From positions 46,713 through 110,712 of the forward strand of contig CAVZTS010000013.1 in assembly GCA_963778275.1 (NCBI GenBank): a DNA stretch of 64,000 nucleotides, written 5' to 3'. Under the pieces are notes generated by a model. It was given only the letters and a program-made list of their open reading frames with translations, was not told where the DNA came from and did not search any database. This stretch comes from an uncultured beta proteobacterium (GTDB lineage: Bacteria > Pseudomonadota > Gammaproteobacteria > Burkholderiales > Casimicrobiaceae). A program made the position numbers and the translations under genes. Below are positions 8,560 through 17,927 of this stretch, one piece after another (position 1 is the stretch's first letter; every line of letters starts with the position of its first letter).

Positions 8560-9333
8560 ATGAACTGCCACGAAGCCATGGACCTGCTCCCCGCCTACGG
8601 CGACGGCGAGCTCGATGCCGTGCAAAGCGCCGCGCTGGAAAAACACGTCGTCGGTTGCCCGGACTGCAGCGCGCAGCGCGACGCGGCTGCCGCGCTGCGT
8701 GCGCGCATCCGCAGCGAGACGCCCTACTACGCCGCGCCGGCCTCCCTGCAGGCAAGGATCCGCGCCGCCATCGCCCGCGCGCCGCGCTCGTCGGGCACGC
8801 CTTCGCGCCCGGCGCGCGAACGATGGGGCTGGCTATCCGCGGGTGCGCTGGCGGGCAGCGCCGCGACGGTCTTTGCCTGGTTTCTCGGCACTGCCGTGCT
8901 CGACTGGCGCGTCAACGCCGATCTCGACACGGAAGCGGTGGCCAACCACGCCCGGGCCACGCTGGCGCAGCGCCTGACCGACGTCAGCACATCGGACCAG
9001 CATACGGTCAAGCCATGGTTGTCGAGCCGGCTCGACTATTCACCGCCGGTGCAGGATCTGGCGGCCGAGGGTTGGCCGCTCGTCGGCGGCCGGCTCGACT
9101 ATCTCGGTGGGCAGACGGTCGCCACCCTCGTCTATCGCTATCGCGAGCATACGATCGACGTTTTTGTGCGGCCGCTTTCCGGAAGCGCGGCGGCGGCGAC
9201 GCCGTCGCTGACGGAGCGGCGTGGCTTCAATGTCGCGCACGCGACCGGCGCCGGGATGGAATGGTGGGGCGTGTCGGACGTGAGCGCGGATGTGCTGGCC
9301 GCGCTCGTCGCCCGCCTCGCGCGCGGCGAGTAG
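8560..9333 (+). CDS. Membrane-spanning anti-sigma factor (zf-HC2 type)
   Basis: Start at ATG 8560, inside track ORF 8488..9333. N-terminal MNCHEAMDLLPAYGDGELD...HVVGCPDCSAQ (H-x3-C-x2-C), one TM segment (WGWLSAGALAGSAATVFAWFL) and a periplasmic C-terminal domain. It lies immediately downstream of the ECF sigma gene. Confidence 0.8.
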   Translation: MNCHEAMDLLPAYGDGELDAVQSAALEKHVVGCPDCSAQRDAAAALRARIRSETPYYAAPASLQARIRAAIARAPRSSGTPSRPARERWGWLSAGALAGSAATVFAWFLGTAVLDWRVNADLDTEAVANHARATLAQRLTDVSTSDQHTVKPWLSSRLDYSPPVQDLAAEGWPLVGGRLDYLGGQTVATLVYRYREHTIDVFVRPLSGSAAAATPSLTERRGFNVAHATGAGMEWWGVSDVSADVLAALVARLARGE

Positions 9334-9437
9334 CCGCGAAGGAAATCCGCCGTCCCAAGCGGCGCAAATCGGGGCGCCGGGTCCACCGGGCGAGCGCAAC
9401 ACATGACACGACAGCGAGTGCTGGTCCAATCGCAACC

Positions 9438-10076
9438 CTAAGCCGCCTCGAGCGGCCGCCGAGTTTGGGTCAGAAGTTGACCATCAGCCTCGCGTCGATG
9501 ATGGAGGCGGTACGATGGGTTGCTCGAATTACCGATTTTCCATGCGCCCCCGATGCCGAATTCGAGCGTCTTATCGATCTTGCGCGCGAGCATGAAGTCG
9601 AGCGGAACGAACCACGTCTTGCTCTGCTCGCTGTAGTCGAACTCCGATGTTGGCGCACGGGCGGAGAGCAGTGGTGCTGCGAGCGCCCAAACAAAGGGAA
9701 AAACGATGATTGCAATCAAAAGCATCAAGAGAAATGCACGCAGCGATGCAAAGCCGCGGCGCGATGGATGCGGGCCCTCGAACCCGATGCCGATTGCAAC
9801 ACCGACGAGATAGTAGAGACCCGCGTTAGTGATGACCGATGGCACGACCAGCCAAGGTTCGCGGAACGGTGCTGCAACGTCTCCGAACACGTACCATTGA
9901 TCCAGCCACTCATACGCCAGGTAGTAGTAAGCCCCGGTGGGAAGAAACACGGGCCAAGCGGCGAGTTCGCAAAGCATGCCTGCGCACGTCAACGCCACGG
10001 AGAACAGGCCGAGGGCTACGGCAAGATAGACCAGGGCAAGAGTCCATCCGAGTTTGGAGCCCCAGAATCGTTTCAT
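9438..10076 (-). CDS. Four-TM membrane protein, translationally coupled to the SDR gene, with an outer-membrane-protein-like tail
   Basis: ATG 10076 overlaps the SDR stop as ATGA. Hydrophobic helices run through about residue 150. The tail ...WFVPLDFMLARKIDKTLEFGIGGAWKIG then looks like terminal beta-strands. A canonical barrel end ...ASIIDARLMVNF-stop exists in another frame (track ORF 9470..9715). Confidence 0.5.
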   Translation of the reverse strand: MKRFWGSKLGWTLALVYLAVALGLFSVALTCAGMLCELAAWPVFLPTGAYYYLAYEWLDQWYVFGDVAAPFREPWLVVPSVITNAGLYYLVGVAIGIGFEGPHPSRRGFASLRAFLLMLLIAIIVFPFVWALAAPLLSARAPTSEFDYSEQSKTWFVPLDFMLARKIDKTLEFGIGGAWKIGNSSNPSYRLHHRREADGQLLTQTRRPLEAA

Positions 10077-10837
10077 CGATCTAGATGCACGAAGGATGAG
10101 TGGTCGGAGGCATTCATCCGCCGAAAAATCGCGTCGAGTTCCGCGCGTGACGCCTGGCTCGCCGTTTCCGCGAACCCGTAGGCAACCTCGAGATCCCCGG
10201 CCGCGATCCGCTGCATGACCGCGTCGGCGAATTCGTCGAGCGCCACCCCGAACGTGTGCAGCCCGGGACCGCCGAGGTCGGTATCCACCGCCGGGGGAAT
10301 GATTTCGATGACCTCGATCGGCGTCTTTTCGAGCTGCAGCCTGAGCGACAGCGTGAACGAACGCAGGGCAGCCTTCGTCGCACAGTAGACCGGAACGCGG
10401 GCCAACGGCGAGAACGCGAGGCCCGAGGTGACGTTGATGATCGCGGGATGCGCCTGCCGCAGCAGATGCGGAATCAAGAGCATCGAGAGGTGAATGGGCG
10501 CCTCGAGGTTGGTCGCGATCTCCTGTGCGGCCTGCGGCCACGTCTCGGCGCGATCGAGCTCAAGGCGATTCTGGATGCCCGCGTTGTGGACCAGCACGTT
10601 GAGCTCGCGAAACTCGGAGGCGACCCATTGCAGCAAGGCGCTGCGCCCGGCCTCGTCGGAGACATCGCAGGCGAAGGTTTGGAGTTGCGGATGCCGCAAC
10701 TTCGCCTCGCGCAGCTTGTCGTCGCGGCGCCCGCAGACCAGCACCTCGCTGCCCGCTTTCAGAAACCGCGCGGCAATCGCCAGCCCGATGCCCGATGCGC
10801 CGCCCGTGACCAGAACCTTGTTCCCATTCATTCGCAT
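10073..10837 (-). CDS. Short-chain dehydrogenase/reductase (SDR) family oxidoreductase
   Basis: VLVTGGASGIGLAIA cofactor motif, NAGI, and a Y-x3-K catalytic pair (VYCATKAAL). GGAGG lies 6 nt upstream of ATG 10837. Confidence 0.85.
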   Translation of the reverse strand: MRMNGNKVLVTGGASGIGLAIAARFLKAGSEVLVCGRRDDKLREAKLRHPQLQTFACDVSDEAGRSALLQWVASEFRELNVLVHNAGIQNRLELDRAETWPQAAQEIATNLEAPIHLSMLLIPHLLRQAHPAIINVTSGLAFSPLARVPVYCATKAALRSFTLSLRLQLEKTPIEVIEIIPPAVDTDLGGPGLHTFGVALDEFADAVMQRIAAGDLEVAYGFAETASQASRAELDAIFRRMNASDHSSFVHLDR

Positions 10838-11023
10838 GGCTTACCTCCGGCAGTGGATTGGACCGTGGCGCGACGGGGCGCGGGCAAGTCCCCCGGCCCA
10901 AACCGAAACCCCTATAATTCTGGCGACTTACGGGAACCGGGACGGCGCCCCGTCCGCCGGACTCTTGAACGCTATCAATACGCCGACCCGGATACGGCGC
11001 AATGAAACCCATGGAGGCTTCGA

Positions 11024-11551
11024 ATGCATCGATTTCTGACACTGTTGATGGTTTGCGGTGCGGGGCTGATCGGCGCCCAGGCCTGGGCGCAAGCACCGGC
11101 TGCGCCGCCCAGCGCGGGCGGCACCGCGGACGGCGTCCCGTTCGATATTCCGTATGGCACCCCGATCAGCCTTGAGACCGCGAAGAAGCTCGTCGCTGCC
11201 GTCGAGGCCGAGGCCGCCAAGCACCACTGGAAGCTGAACATCGCGGTGGTCGATACCCACGGCGACCTGGTCCACTTCTCGCGCATGGACGGCGCAATGC
11301 TCATCTCGATCAATGTTTCCCAGGGGAAAGCCCGTACCGCGGCGCGCACCCGCCGCGAGTCGCGCATTTACTACAATCTCTTCGAGACCGGCCATCCTTA
11401 CGTGGCTACGCTCGACCCGACGCTGATCGCCTCGCCCGGCGGCTATCCGCTGGTTGAAGGCGGCAAGCTGATCGGCGCCATCGGTTGCAGCGGTGGCACC
11501 GGCGATCAGGACGCCGCCGCCTGCAAGGTTGGCGCCGACATGGTGAAATAA
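11024..11551 (+). CDS. GlcG/HbpS-family (DUF336) heme-binding protein, secreted
   Basis: Signal peptide, then IAVVDTHGDLVHFSRMDGAMLISINVSQGKARTAA...PGGYPLVEGGKLIGAIGCSGGTGDQD, typical of DUF336. Confidence 0.75.
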   Translation: MHRFLTLLMVCGAGLIGAQAWAQAPAAPPSAGGTADGVPFDIPYGTPISLETAKKLVAAVEAEAAKHHWKLNIAVVDTHGDLVHFSRMDGAMLISINVSQGKARTAARTRRESRIYYNLFETGHPYVATLDPTLIASPGGYPLVEGGKLIGAIGCSGGTGDQDAAACKVGADMVK

Positions 11552-11573
11552 CGCTCCCGCGCTGACGCGCAAT

Positions 11574-11599
11574 CCCTGCCGTGCGCGCGCACGGCAGGG
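11574..11599. terminator. GC-rich hairpin between convergent genes (possible bidirectional terminator)
   Basis: ccctgccgtgcg/cgcacggcaggg form perfect inverted arms around a short centre, between the GlcG stop (11551) and the enoyl-CoA hydratase stop (11645). There is no clear U-tract. Confidence 0.4.
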
Positions 11600-11644
11600 C
11601 ACTCGTCAATGCAGCCGCAATTGCAAGCCGGTGTATGCGCTCGG

Positions 11645-12418
11645 CTACCGGTTCTTGAAGCTTGGCTTGCGTTTGTCTAAGAAGGCGCGCATGCCCTCCT
11701 TCTGGTCGTCGAGCGCGAAGGTCGAGTGGAACTCGCGCCGCTCGAAGAGGAGCCCCTCGGCGAGCGACGATTCGTAGGCCCGATTGACCGCCTCCTTGAC
11801 CTTCAGCACCACAGGCAGCGAATGGCTGGCGATCCTGGTCGCCACTGCGAGCGCTTCCTCGAAAAGCTTGTCGGCTGGCACAACGCGCGCCACGAGGCCC
11901 GAGCGCTCGGCCTCGGCGGCGTCGATCATCCGCCCGGTCAGGCACCAGTCCATGGCCTTCGCCTTGCCGACTGCCCGCGGCAGCCGCTGCGTGCCGCCCA
12001 TGCCCGGCATCGTGCCGATGGTGATTTCCGGCTGCCCGAACTTGGCCGTGTCGGCAGCGATGATCAGGTCGCACATCATCGCGAGTTCGCAACCCCCGCC
12101 AAGGGCGTAGCCCGCCACCGCGGCGATCACGGGCTTGCGCGTTTGCTTCACCGACTCCCAGCTCATGATGTAGTTGTCCGCATAGACCTTCTGGTAGCTC
12201 CACTCCGCCATCGCGCCGATGTCCGCGCCGGCGGCAAAGGCTTTGTCGTTGCCGGTGATGACGATGGCGCTGATGCCCGGATCGGCGTCGAAGGCGGCAA
12301 GCGCGGTCGCCAGCTCCGCGGCGAGCGCATCGCTGAGCGCGTTCATGCGTTGCGGGCGGTTCAATCGGACAACGCCCACGCGGCCGTGGGTTTCGACGAG
12401 CAGATCCTGGTAGTTCAT
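11645..12418 (-). CDS. paaF: Enoyl-CoA hydratase (crotonase family, PaaF-like)
   Basis: 257 aa with [26 protein letters not shown] and [10 protein letters not shown]. It lies at the distal end of the paa cluster. The paaF assignment rests on context only. Confidence 0.75.
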   Translation of the reverse strand: MNYQDLLVETHGRVGVVRLNRPQRMNALSDALAAELATALAAFDADPGISAIVITGNDKAFAAGADIGAMAEWSYQKVYADNYIMSWESVKQTRKPVIAAVAGYALGGGCELAMMCDLIIAADTAKFGQPEITIGTMPGMGGTQRLPRAVGKAKAMDWCLTGRMIDAAEAERSGLVARVVPADKLFEEALAVATRIASHSLPVVLKVKEAVNRAYESSLAEGLLFERREFHSTFALDDQKEGMRAFLDKRKPSFKNR

Positions 12419-12447
12419 TTAGGCTCCGGTGGAAGGGTTGCGGTCGG

Positions 12448-12642
12448 TCATGCGGCCATGTCTTCGCGCGCGGCGGAGAGCGCTTCGCGCAGCACGCCGA
12501 GATCGCCGATATGGTTGGCGAGCAGCAGGATCAGCTTGGCATTGACGAGCGCGCTCTGCTCGTCGGTCAGGTCGCGGTGCAGGTCGATCAGCTCTTCGTA
12601 GAAATCGTCGGGCGCAGCGAGGTTCGGTTCGGTGTTGAGCAT
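12448..12642 (-). CDS. DUF2783 domain protein
   Basis: 64 aa: PDDFYEELIDLHRDLTDEQSALVNAKLILLLANHIGD, as I remember the DUF2783 family. As usual for that family, it sits directly downstream of an MhpA-like flavin monooxygenase. Confidence 0.65.
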   Translation of the reverse strand: MLNTEPNLAAPDDFYEELIDLHRDLTDEQSALVNAKLILLLANHIGDLGVLREALSAAREDMAA

Positions 12643-12654
12643 GATGGACTCGAG

Positions 12655-14317
12655 TCAGTGGACGTATTGCCCGGTCGCGCGCGCGATCGCCACGCGGGTC
12701 TGGGTCAGATCGAACGCGCGCCAGCGGGCGCAGACGTGCTGGTCCGGGCGGAACAGATACACCGTGCCCGGCTTCGCGTCGTAGCGCTGCGCGAGCAGCG
12801 CCGAGGCAGCCGCGATGCTGCGAATTCCCACCGGCAGTGCTGCACCTGCGGCACCGACAAGAATGCTGCCGCAGGGAAGCGGATCGGCGCCAAGGGTCGC
12901 GAGGTTGCGCAGCAGGCTCGCTTCCGGGACACCATCCACGAAGAGCAGCAGCGTGAATCCGTTCCCGAGATAGTCGAGGAGCCAATTCCCCGCCGGGCCG
13001 GTGACCGGGGCGTCGAGCGCAGGTGATCCGGGCGCCATGCGCCCCGCGAACGGCGCCGCGTCGGTCGTGTTGAGTTGCGACTCGGAGAGCGTCGCCGGCA
13101 CCGACAGCCGCCCGCTGTTGACCAGCCTCCGGGCGAAGGCATGGCGCTTGGCGAGCATCAGCACTGCATCGCGGAACGTCCGGCTCACCGCGCTCTTGGG
13201 GGTGATGAAATCGGTGCTGCGCGTCGAGTTGCGGATGTTCTCGTCGGCAGCGGCCGTGCGCTCGCTGTCGTAGCTGTCGAGCAGGCGCTCGGGGGCGAGG
13301 CCCGTGATGACGAGCTCCAGTTTCCATGCCAGATTGTCGATGTCCTGGATGCCGCTGTTCGCGCCACGCGCGCCGAAGGGCGAAACCAGGTGGGCAGCGT
13401 CGCCGGCGAAGAGCGCACGACCGCGGCGAAACGAGCGCATGCGCCGGCACTGGAACGTGTAGACGCTCGCCCACTCGATCTCGAAGCGCGCCTCGTTGCC
13501 CAGCATCGCGCGCAGTCGCGGCAGGATTTTTTCCGGCTTCTTCTCCTCCTCCGGGTCGGCGTCCCAGCCGAGCTGGAAATCGACCCGCCACACGTCGTCG
13601 GCCTGACGATGCAGCAGCGCCGATTGGTGCCGATGGAATGGCGGATCGAACCAGAACCAGCGCTCTGCCGGAAACGCCGAGGTCATGTGGATGTCGGCAA
13701 TGAGGAACCGGTCGCGAAACACCTGGCCTTCGCTCTCCAGCCCCAGCATGCCGCGAATCGGGCTCCTGGAGCCGTCAGCGACGATCAGCCAATCCGCATG
13801 GACGGCGTATTCTCCGTCCGGCGTCGACACGGTAAGCGCCACCCGATCATCGTGCGGCGATACGCCGACGACCCGGTGCCGCCAGCGAGATCCAGCCCGG
13901 GCAGCTCGCTCGCGCGCTCGACCAGGAACTGCTCGACGTAGTACTGCTGCAGGTTGATGAATGCCGGGCGGCGGTGCCCCGGCTCGGGCTGCAGGTCGAA
14001 CTGGTAGACCTGCTCGCCGCGGAAAAACACCCGCCCCACGCTCCAGCACACGCCCTTCTGCACCAGCCTCTCGGCACAGCCCAGCCGGTCGAGGATCTCC
14101 AGCGTGCGCTTCGACCAGCATATCGCCCGCGAACCCACGCTGACCGTGTCGTCCTCGTCGAGCACCAGCACGTCGATGCCGCGCAGCGCGAGATCGATGG
14201 CCGCGGTCAGACCCACCGGCCCCGCCCCGGCGACGATCACCGGCCAGTGGCGCGGCGAGCCTGCGCTGTCGGTCGGGCTTCGCGTAGGGATATACCGGCT
14301 GGCGTGTACGTCTTCAT
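12655..14317 (-). pseudogene. FAD-dependent aromatic-ring monooxygenase (MhpA-like), frame-disrupted
   Basis: The N-terminus VIVAGAGPVGLTAAIDLALRG...FINLQQYYVEQFLV is in track ORF 13785..14240. The protein continues as RWRHRVVGV...DGSRSPIRG...FAGDAAHLVSPFGARGANSGIQD in ORF 12655..14121. The switch is near 13885 (ctc-gct where ctc-cgc would fit). The likely ATG 14317 (MKTYT) is in yet another frame, implying a second shift near 14300. Confidence 0.8.
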
Positions 14318-14351
14318 GTTCGTCTTCGTCCGGCCTGGCGGAGGACGGCGC

Positions 14352-15307
14352 TCACCCCTCCAGCGCTTGCCACATCTCCTTGTCGCGCTGCGCGGTCCAG
14401 ATGCGCGGGTCGCGGTATTGCGTGGCCTCGTCGTAGGCCCGCGACACGTCGAAGGGCAGGCAGTGGTCGAAGATGACCCAATGTCCGAATTTCGGGCTCA
14501 GCGCGGCGGAGGTCTCCTGGTAGACGCGGCGCAGGTCCTTGCCCGCGGCCGCGCCCTTCTTCACCGCGGCGAACATCTCGGTGATGAAGCTGCGCGTGCC
14601 ATCCAGCACCGGCGCGCACCGCTGCGGGCGTCTGCAGCGATGCGCCGCGGCCGGGCACGAGTTTCTGCGGCTGCAGCGCGGCGAGCGCATCGAGCGTGGC
14701 CGGCCAGTCGGTGAGGTAGGCATCACCCGTGTAGGGCGTCGCGGCGTATTCGACCAGATCGCCGGAAAACAGGATCTTCTCCTGCGGCAGCCACACCACC
14801 GTGTCGCCCTTGGTGTGGCCGCGGCCGAGCTGCAGGATCTCGACCTCGAGCTTGCCCAGCCAGAGCGTCAGGCGCTTTTCGAACACCAGCGTCGGCCAGG
14901 TGAGTCCCGGCACCGACTCGACGGCCCGGAACAGCCGCGGGAAGCGCTCGATCTCGCTCTTCATGTCGGCTTCGCCCCGCTCGACGATGAGATCGTAGGT
15001 GTCGCGGCTGGCGATGACGTGCTCGGGCTGGTAGCCCGATGCGCCGAGCACCCGCACCGCGTGGTAGTGCGTGAGCACCACATACTTGATCGGCTTGTCG
15101 GTCACCGCGCGAATGCGCCGGATCACGTCCTGCGCCATGACCGGCGTCGCCTGCGTGTCGATGACCATCACCGCAGTCGTCGCCGATGACCACTCCGGTA
15201 TTCGGATCGCCTTCCGCCGTATACGCGTAGGCATGCTCGGACAGGCGGTCGAAGCTGACGGTCTTTTCTTCGAGGTCGGCCTGTGACGCGAATTTCTTTT
15301 CAGCCAT
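14352..15307 (-). pseudogene. MBL-fold metallo-hydrolase, frame-disrupted
   Basis: Three consecutive frames carry one protein. First: MAEKKFASQADLEEKTVSFDRLSEHAYAYTAEGDPNTGVVIGDD (ORF 14723..15307). Second: VMVIDTQATP...VVLTHYHAVRVLG...GHTKGDTVVWLP...LVPGRGA (ORF 14314..15420). Third: RCAPVLDGTRSFITEMF...WQALEG (ORF 14352..14726). Shifts are near 15175 and 14630. Confidence 0.75.
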
Positions 15308-15322
15308 GAACGAATCTCCGCT

Positions 15323-16632
15323 TCAAGTTCGCGCTCGCCTGTCGACGACCCGCTTCGCCTTGCCGACCGAGCGTTCGATGCCGCCGCAGTCGAGCACGCG
15401 TACCACCGCGCTGACGCCAATCAGGCTCTTCACCTGATGCGCGAGGTGCTTGCCGGCCGCGTCGCCGTCGGCCCCGCCGGCCCCCGGCGCGCGCTCGACC
15501 AGCACCGTCAGTTCATCGAGATTCTTGGGCCGCGCGATCTCGAGCTGGTAGTGCGGCGCCAGCGCCGCGTACTTCAGGATAAGCTCCTCGACCTGCGACG
15601 GAAACAGGTTCACCCCGCGCACGATCAGCATGTCGTCGGAGCGGCCGGTGATCTTCTCGATGCGACGCATCGCGCGCGCGGTGGGCGGCAGCAGACGCGT
15701 GAGATCGCGGGTGCGGTAGCGGATGATCGGCAACGCTTCCTTGGTGAGCGAGGTGAACACGAGCTCGCCCGCCTCGCCGTCGGGCAGCACCGCGCCGGTT
15801 TCCGGGTCGATGATCTCGGGATAGAAGTGATCTTCCCACACCGTGAGCCCGTCCTTGGTCTCGATGCACTCCTGCGCCACCCCCGGACCGATCACCTCGG
15901 ACAGGCCGTAGATGTCGATGGCGTCGATGTCGAGCTTCGCTTCGATCGCCCGCCGCATCGTCGGTGTCCACGGCTCGGCGCCGAAGATGCCGATCTGCAG
16001 CGAACAGGTCTTCGCGGGTCGATGCCCTGCCGCTCCATTTCCTCGGCGATCGCGAGCATGTACGACGGCGTCACCATGATGATCTCGGGCTTGAAGTCGA
16101 CGATGAGCTGCACCTGCCGCTCGGTCATGCCGCCGGACATCGGGATGACCGTGCAGCCGAGCTTCTCGGCACCGTAATGCACGCCGAGCCCGCCGGTGAA
16201 CAGTCCGTAGCCGTAGGCGATGTGCACGATGTCGCCCGGACGGCCGCCCGCGGCGCGGATCGAGCGCGCCATCACGGTCGCCCAGACCTCGATGTCGTTG
16301 CGGGTGTAACCGACGACGGTCGGCTTGCCGGTCGTGCCGGACGACGCGTGAATGCGCACGACCTGCTCGCGCGGCACGGCGAACAGGCCGAACGGATAGT
16401 GCTCCCGCAGTTCCTTCTTGGTCGTGAACGGCAGCCGCGCCAGGTCGGCGAGCGAGCGCAGGTCGTTGGGGTGGAAGCCTGCCGTCTCGAACACCGTGCG
16501 GTAATGCGGCACGTGATCGTAGGCGTGCCGCAGCGTCCACTGCAGGCGCCGCAACTGCAGCGCCTGCAACGCGTCGCGGCTCGCGGTCTCGACTGGCTCC
16601 AGGTCCCCGGGCGCGGGTCTTTTCGCCGGCAT
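15323..16632 (-). pseudogene. paaK: Phenylacetate-CoA ligase, frame-disrupted
   Basis: The N-terminal half, from ATG 16632 ([15 protein letters not shown]...[16 protein letters not shown]...MSGGMTERQ...MERQGIDP), is in ORF 15892..16827. The C-terminal half ([11 protein letters not shown]...[11 protein letters not shown]...RGVNLFPSQVE...) is in ORF 15323..16540. The shift is near 16015. Confidence 0.85.
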
Positions 16633-16640
16633 CGTTGCTC

Positions 16641-17099
16641 CTACGGCGTGGCCACGACGTGGCCCTTGATGCGATACGACTTGCCGCGAAAATACGCGAT
16701 CGTCTCGCCGCGCTGATTCCTCACCTCGATGTCGTAGATGCCCGTGCGGCCGGCAAGCGAGCGCTCCTGCGCGACTGCGGTCAGCACATCGCCGGCGCGC
16801 GCCGGGGCGACGAAGTCGATCGCGCAACCGGAAGCCACCGTGGCCAGGTTGTAGCTGTTGCAGGCGTAGGCAAACGCGCTGTCGGCGAGCGTGAAGATGA
16901 ACCCGCCATGGCAGATCGCGTGGCCGTTGACCATGTCCTCGCGCACCGGCATCGACAGCTCGGCGTGGCCGGGCCCGGTCGCGCCGAGCTTAATGCCCAT
17001 GAGCTGCGAGGCGCGGTCGCGCGCGTACATGTCGGCCACGACGCGCGCGGCGAGCGCCTGCGCTTCCTGCGTCGTCGCGCGGGGGTGGTGCTCGCCCAT
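16641..17099 (-). CDS. paaI: Hydroxyphenylacetyl-CoA thioesterase (hotdog fold)
   Basis: 152 aa with [25 protein letters not shown], typical of PaaI. Intact. Confidence 0.85.
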   Translation of the reverse strand: MGEHHPRATTQEAQALAARVVADMYARDRASQLMGIKLGATGPGHAELSMPVREDMVNGHAICHGGFIFTLADSAFAYACNSYNLATVASGCAIDFVAPARAGDVLTAVAQERSLAGRTGIYDIEVRNQRGETIAYFRGKSYRIKGHVVATP

Positions 17100-17120
17100 G
17101 GCTAGCTGCGGCGCCTGCCG

Positions 17121-17912
17121 CTAACGACCGACAAAGCGCGGCGCACGCTTGGAGGCAAACGCGGCCACGCCTTCGCGGTAGTCCTCGCTGCGACCCAGCA
17201 AGCGCTGCAGATCGCGCTCCAGGTCGAGCTGGGTTTCCAGGCTGTTGCCGGCGGCAGCGTAGAGCGCACGCTTGGTCGCCGCGAGGCCCGCGGTCGGTGC
17301 CCCGGCCAGGGTGCGCAGCAGCTTCTCGACCGTGCCCTGGAGTTCCGCATCGTCGACGCACTGCCAGATGAGCCCCCACTCGGCGGCCTGTTCGGCGATG
17401 AGACGTTCACCGAGCATGGCAAGCCCCATGGCGCGCGCGGTGCCGACCAGCCGCGGCAGAAAATACGTGCCGCCGGAATCGGGGATGAGCCCGATCTTGG
17501 AGAAGGCCTGAATGAAGCTCGCCGACTTCGCGGCGACGACAATATCGCAGGCGAGCGCGATATTCGCGCCGGCGCCGGCGGCAACGCCATTGACCGCGCA
17601 GACGACCGGCAGGGGCAACCGGCGCAATGCCAGCACCAGTGGCCGGTAGTTGCGCTCGATCGATGCGCCGAGGTCGACCGGCTCGGCCCCGGGGGCCACG
17701 GCGCGATCGGCAAGGTCCTGGCCGGCGCAGAAGCCGCGACCGGCGCCGGTCAAGAGCAGCACGCGCAGCGACGCGTCGGCCCGCACCTGCTCCAGCGCGT
17801 CGCGAACCTCGGCATGCATCGCGTCGTTGAAGCTGTTCATTCGCTCCGGACGATTCAACGTCAGGCGCGCGATCCCGCCCTCGCTGTCGAACAGAATCGT
17901 CTGGTAGGCCAT
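17121..17912 (-). CDS. paaG: 2-(1,2-epoxy-1,2-dihydrophenyl)acetyl-CoA isomerase (crotonase family)
   Basis: LLTGAGRGFCAGQDL, NGVAAGAGANIALACD and GLIPDSGGTYFLPRLVG. Start taken at ATG 17912 (MAYQTILF); a TTG at 17927 is also possible. Intact. Confidence 0.85.
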   Translation of the reverse strand: MAYQTILFDSEGGIARLTLNRPERMNSFNDAMHAEVRDALEQVRADASLRVLLLTGAGRGFCAGQDLADRAVAPGAEPVDLGASIERNYRPLVLALRRLPLPVVCAVNGVAAGAGANIALACDIVVAAKSASFIQAFSKIGLIPDSGGTYFLPRLVGTARAMGLAMLGERLIAEQAAEWGLIWQCVDDAELQGTVEKLLRTLAGAPTAGLAATKRALYAAAGNSLETQLDLERDLQRLLGRSEDYREGVAAFASKRAPRFVGR

Positions 17913-17927
17913 CGGCTGCCCCTGCAA

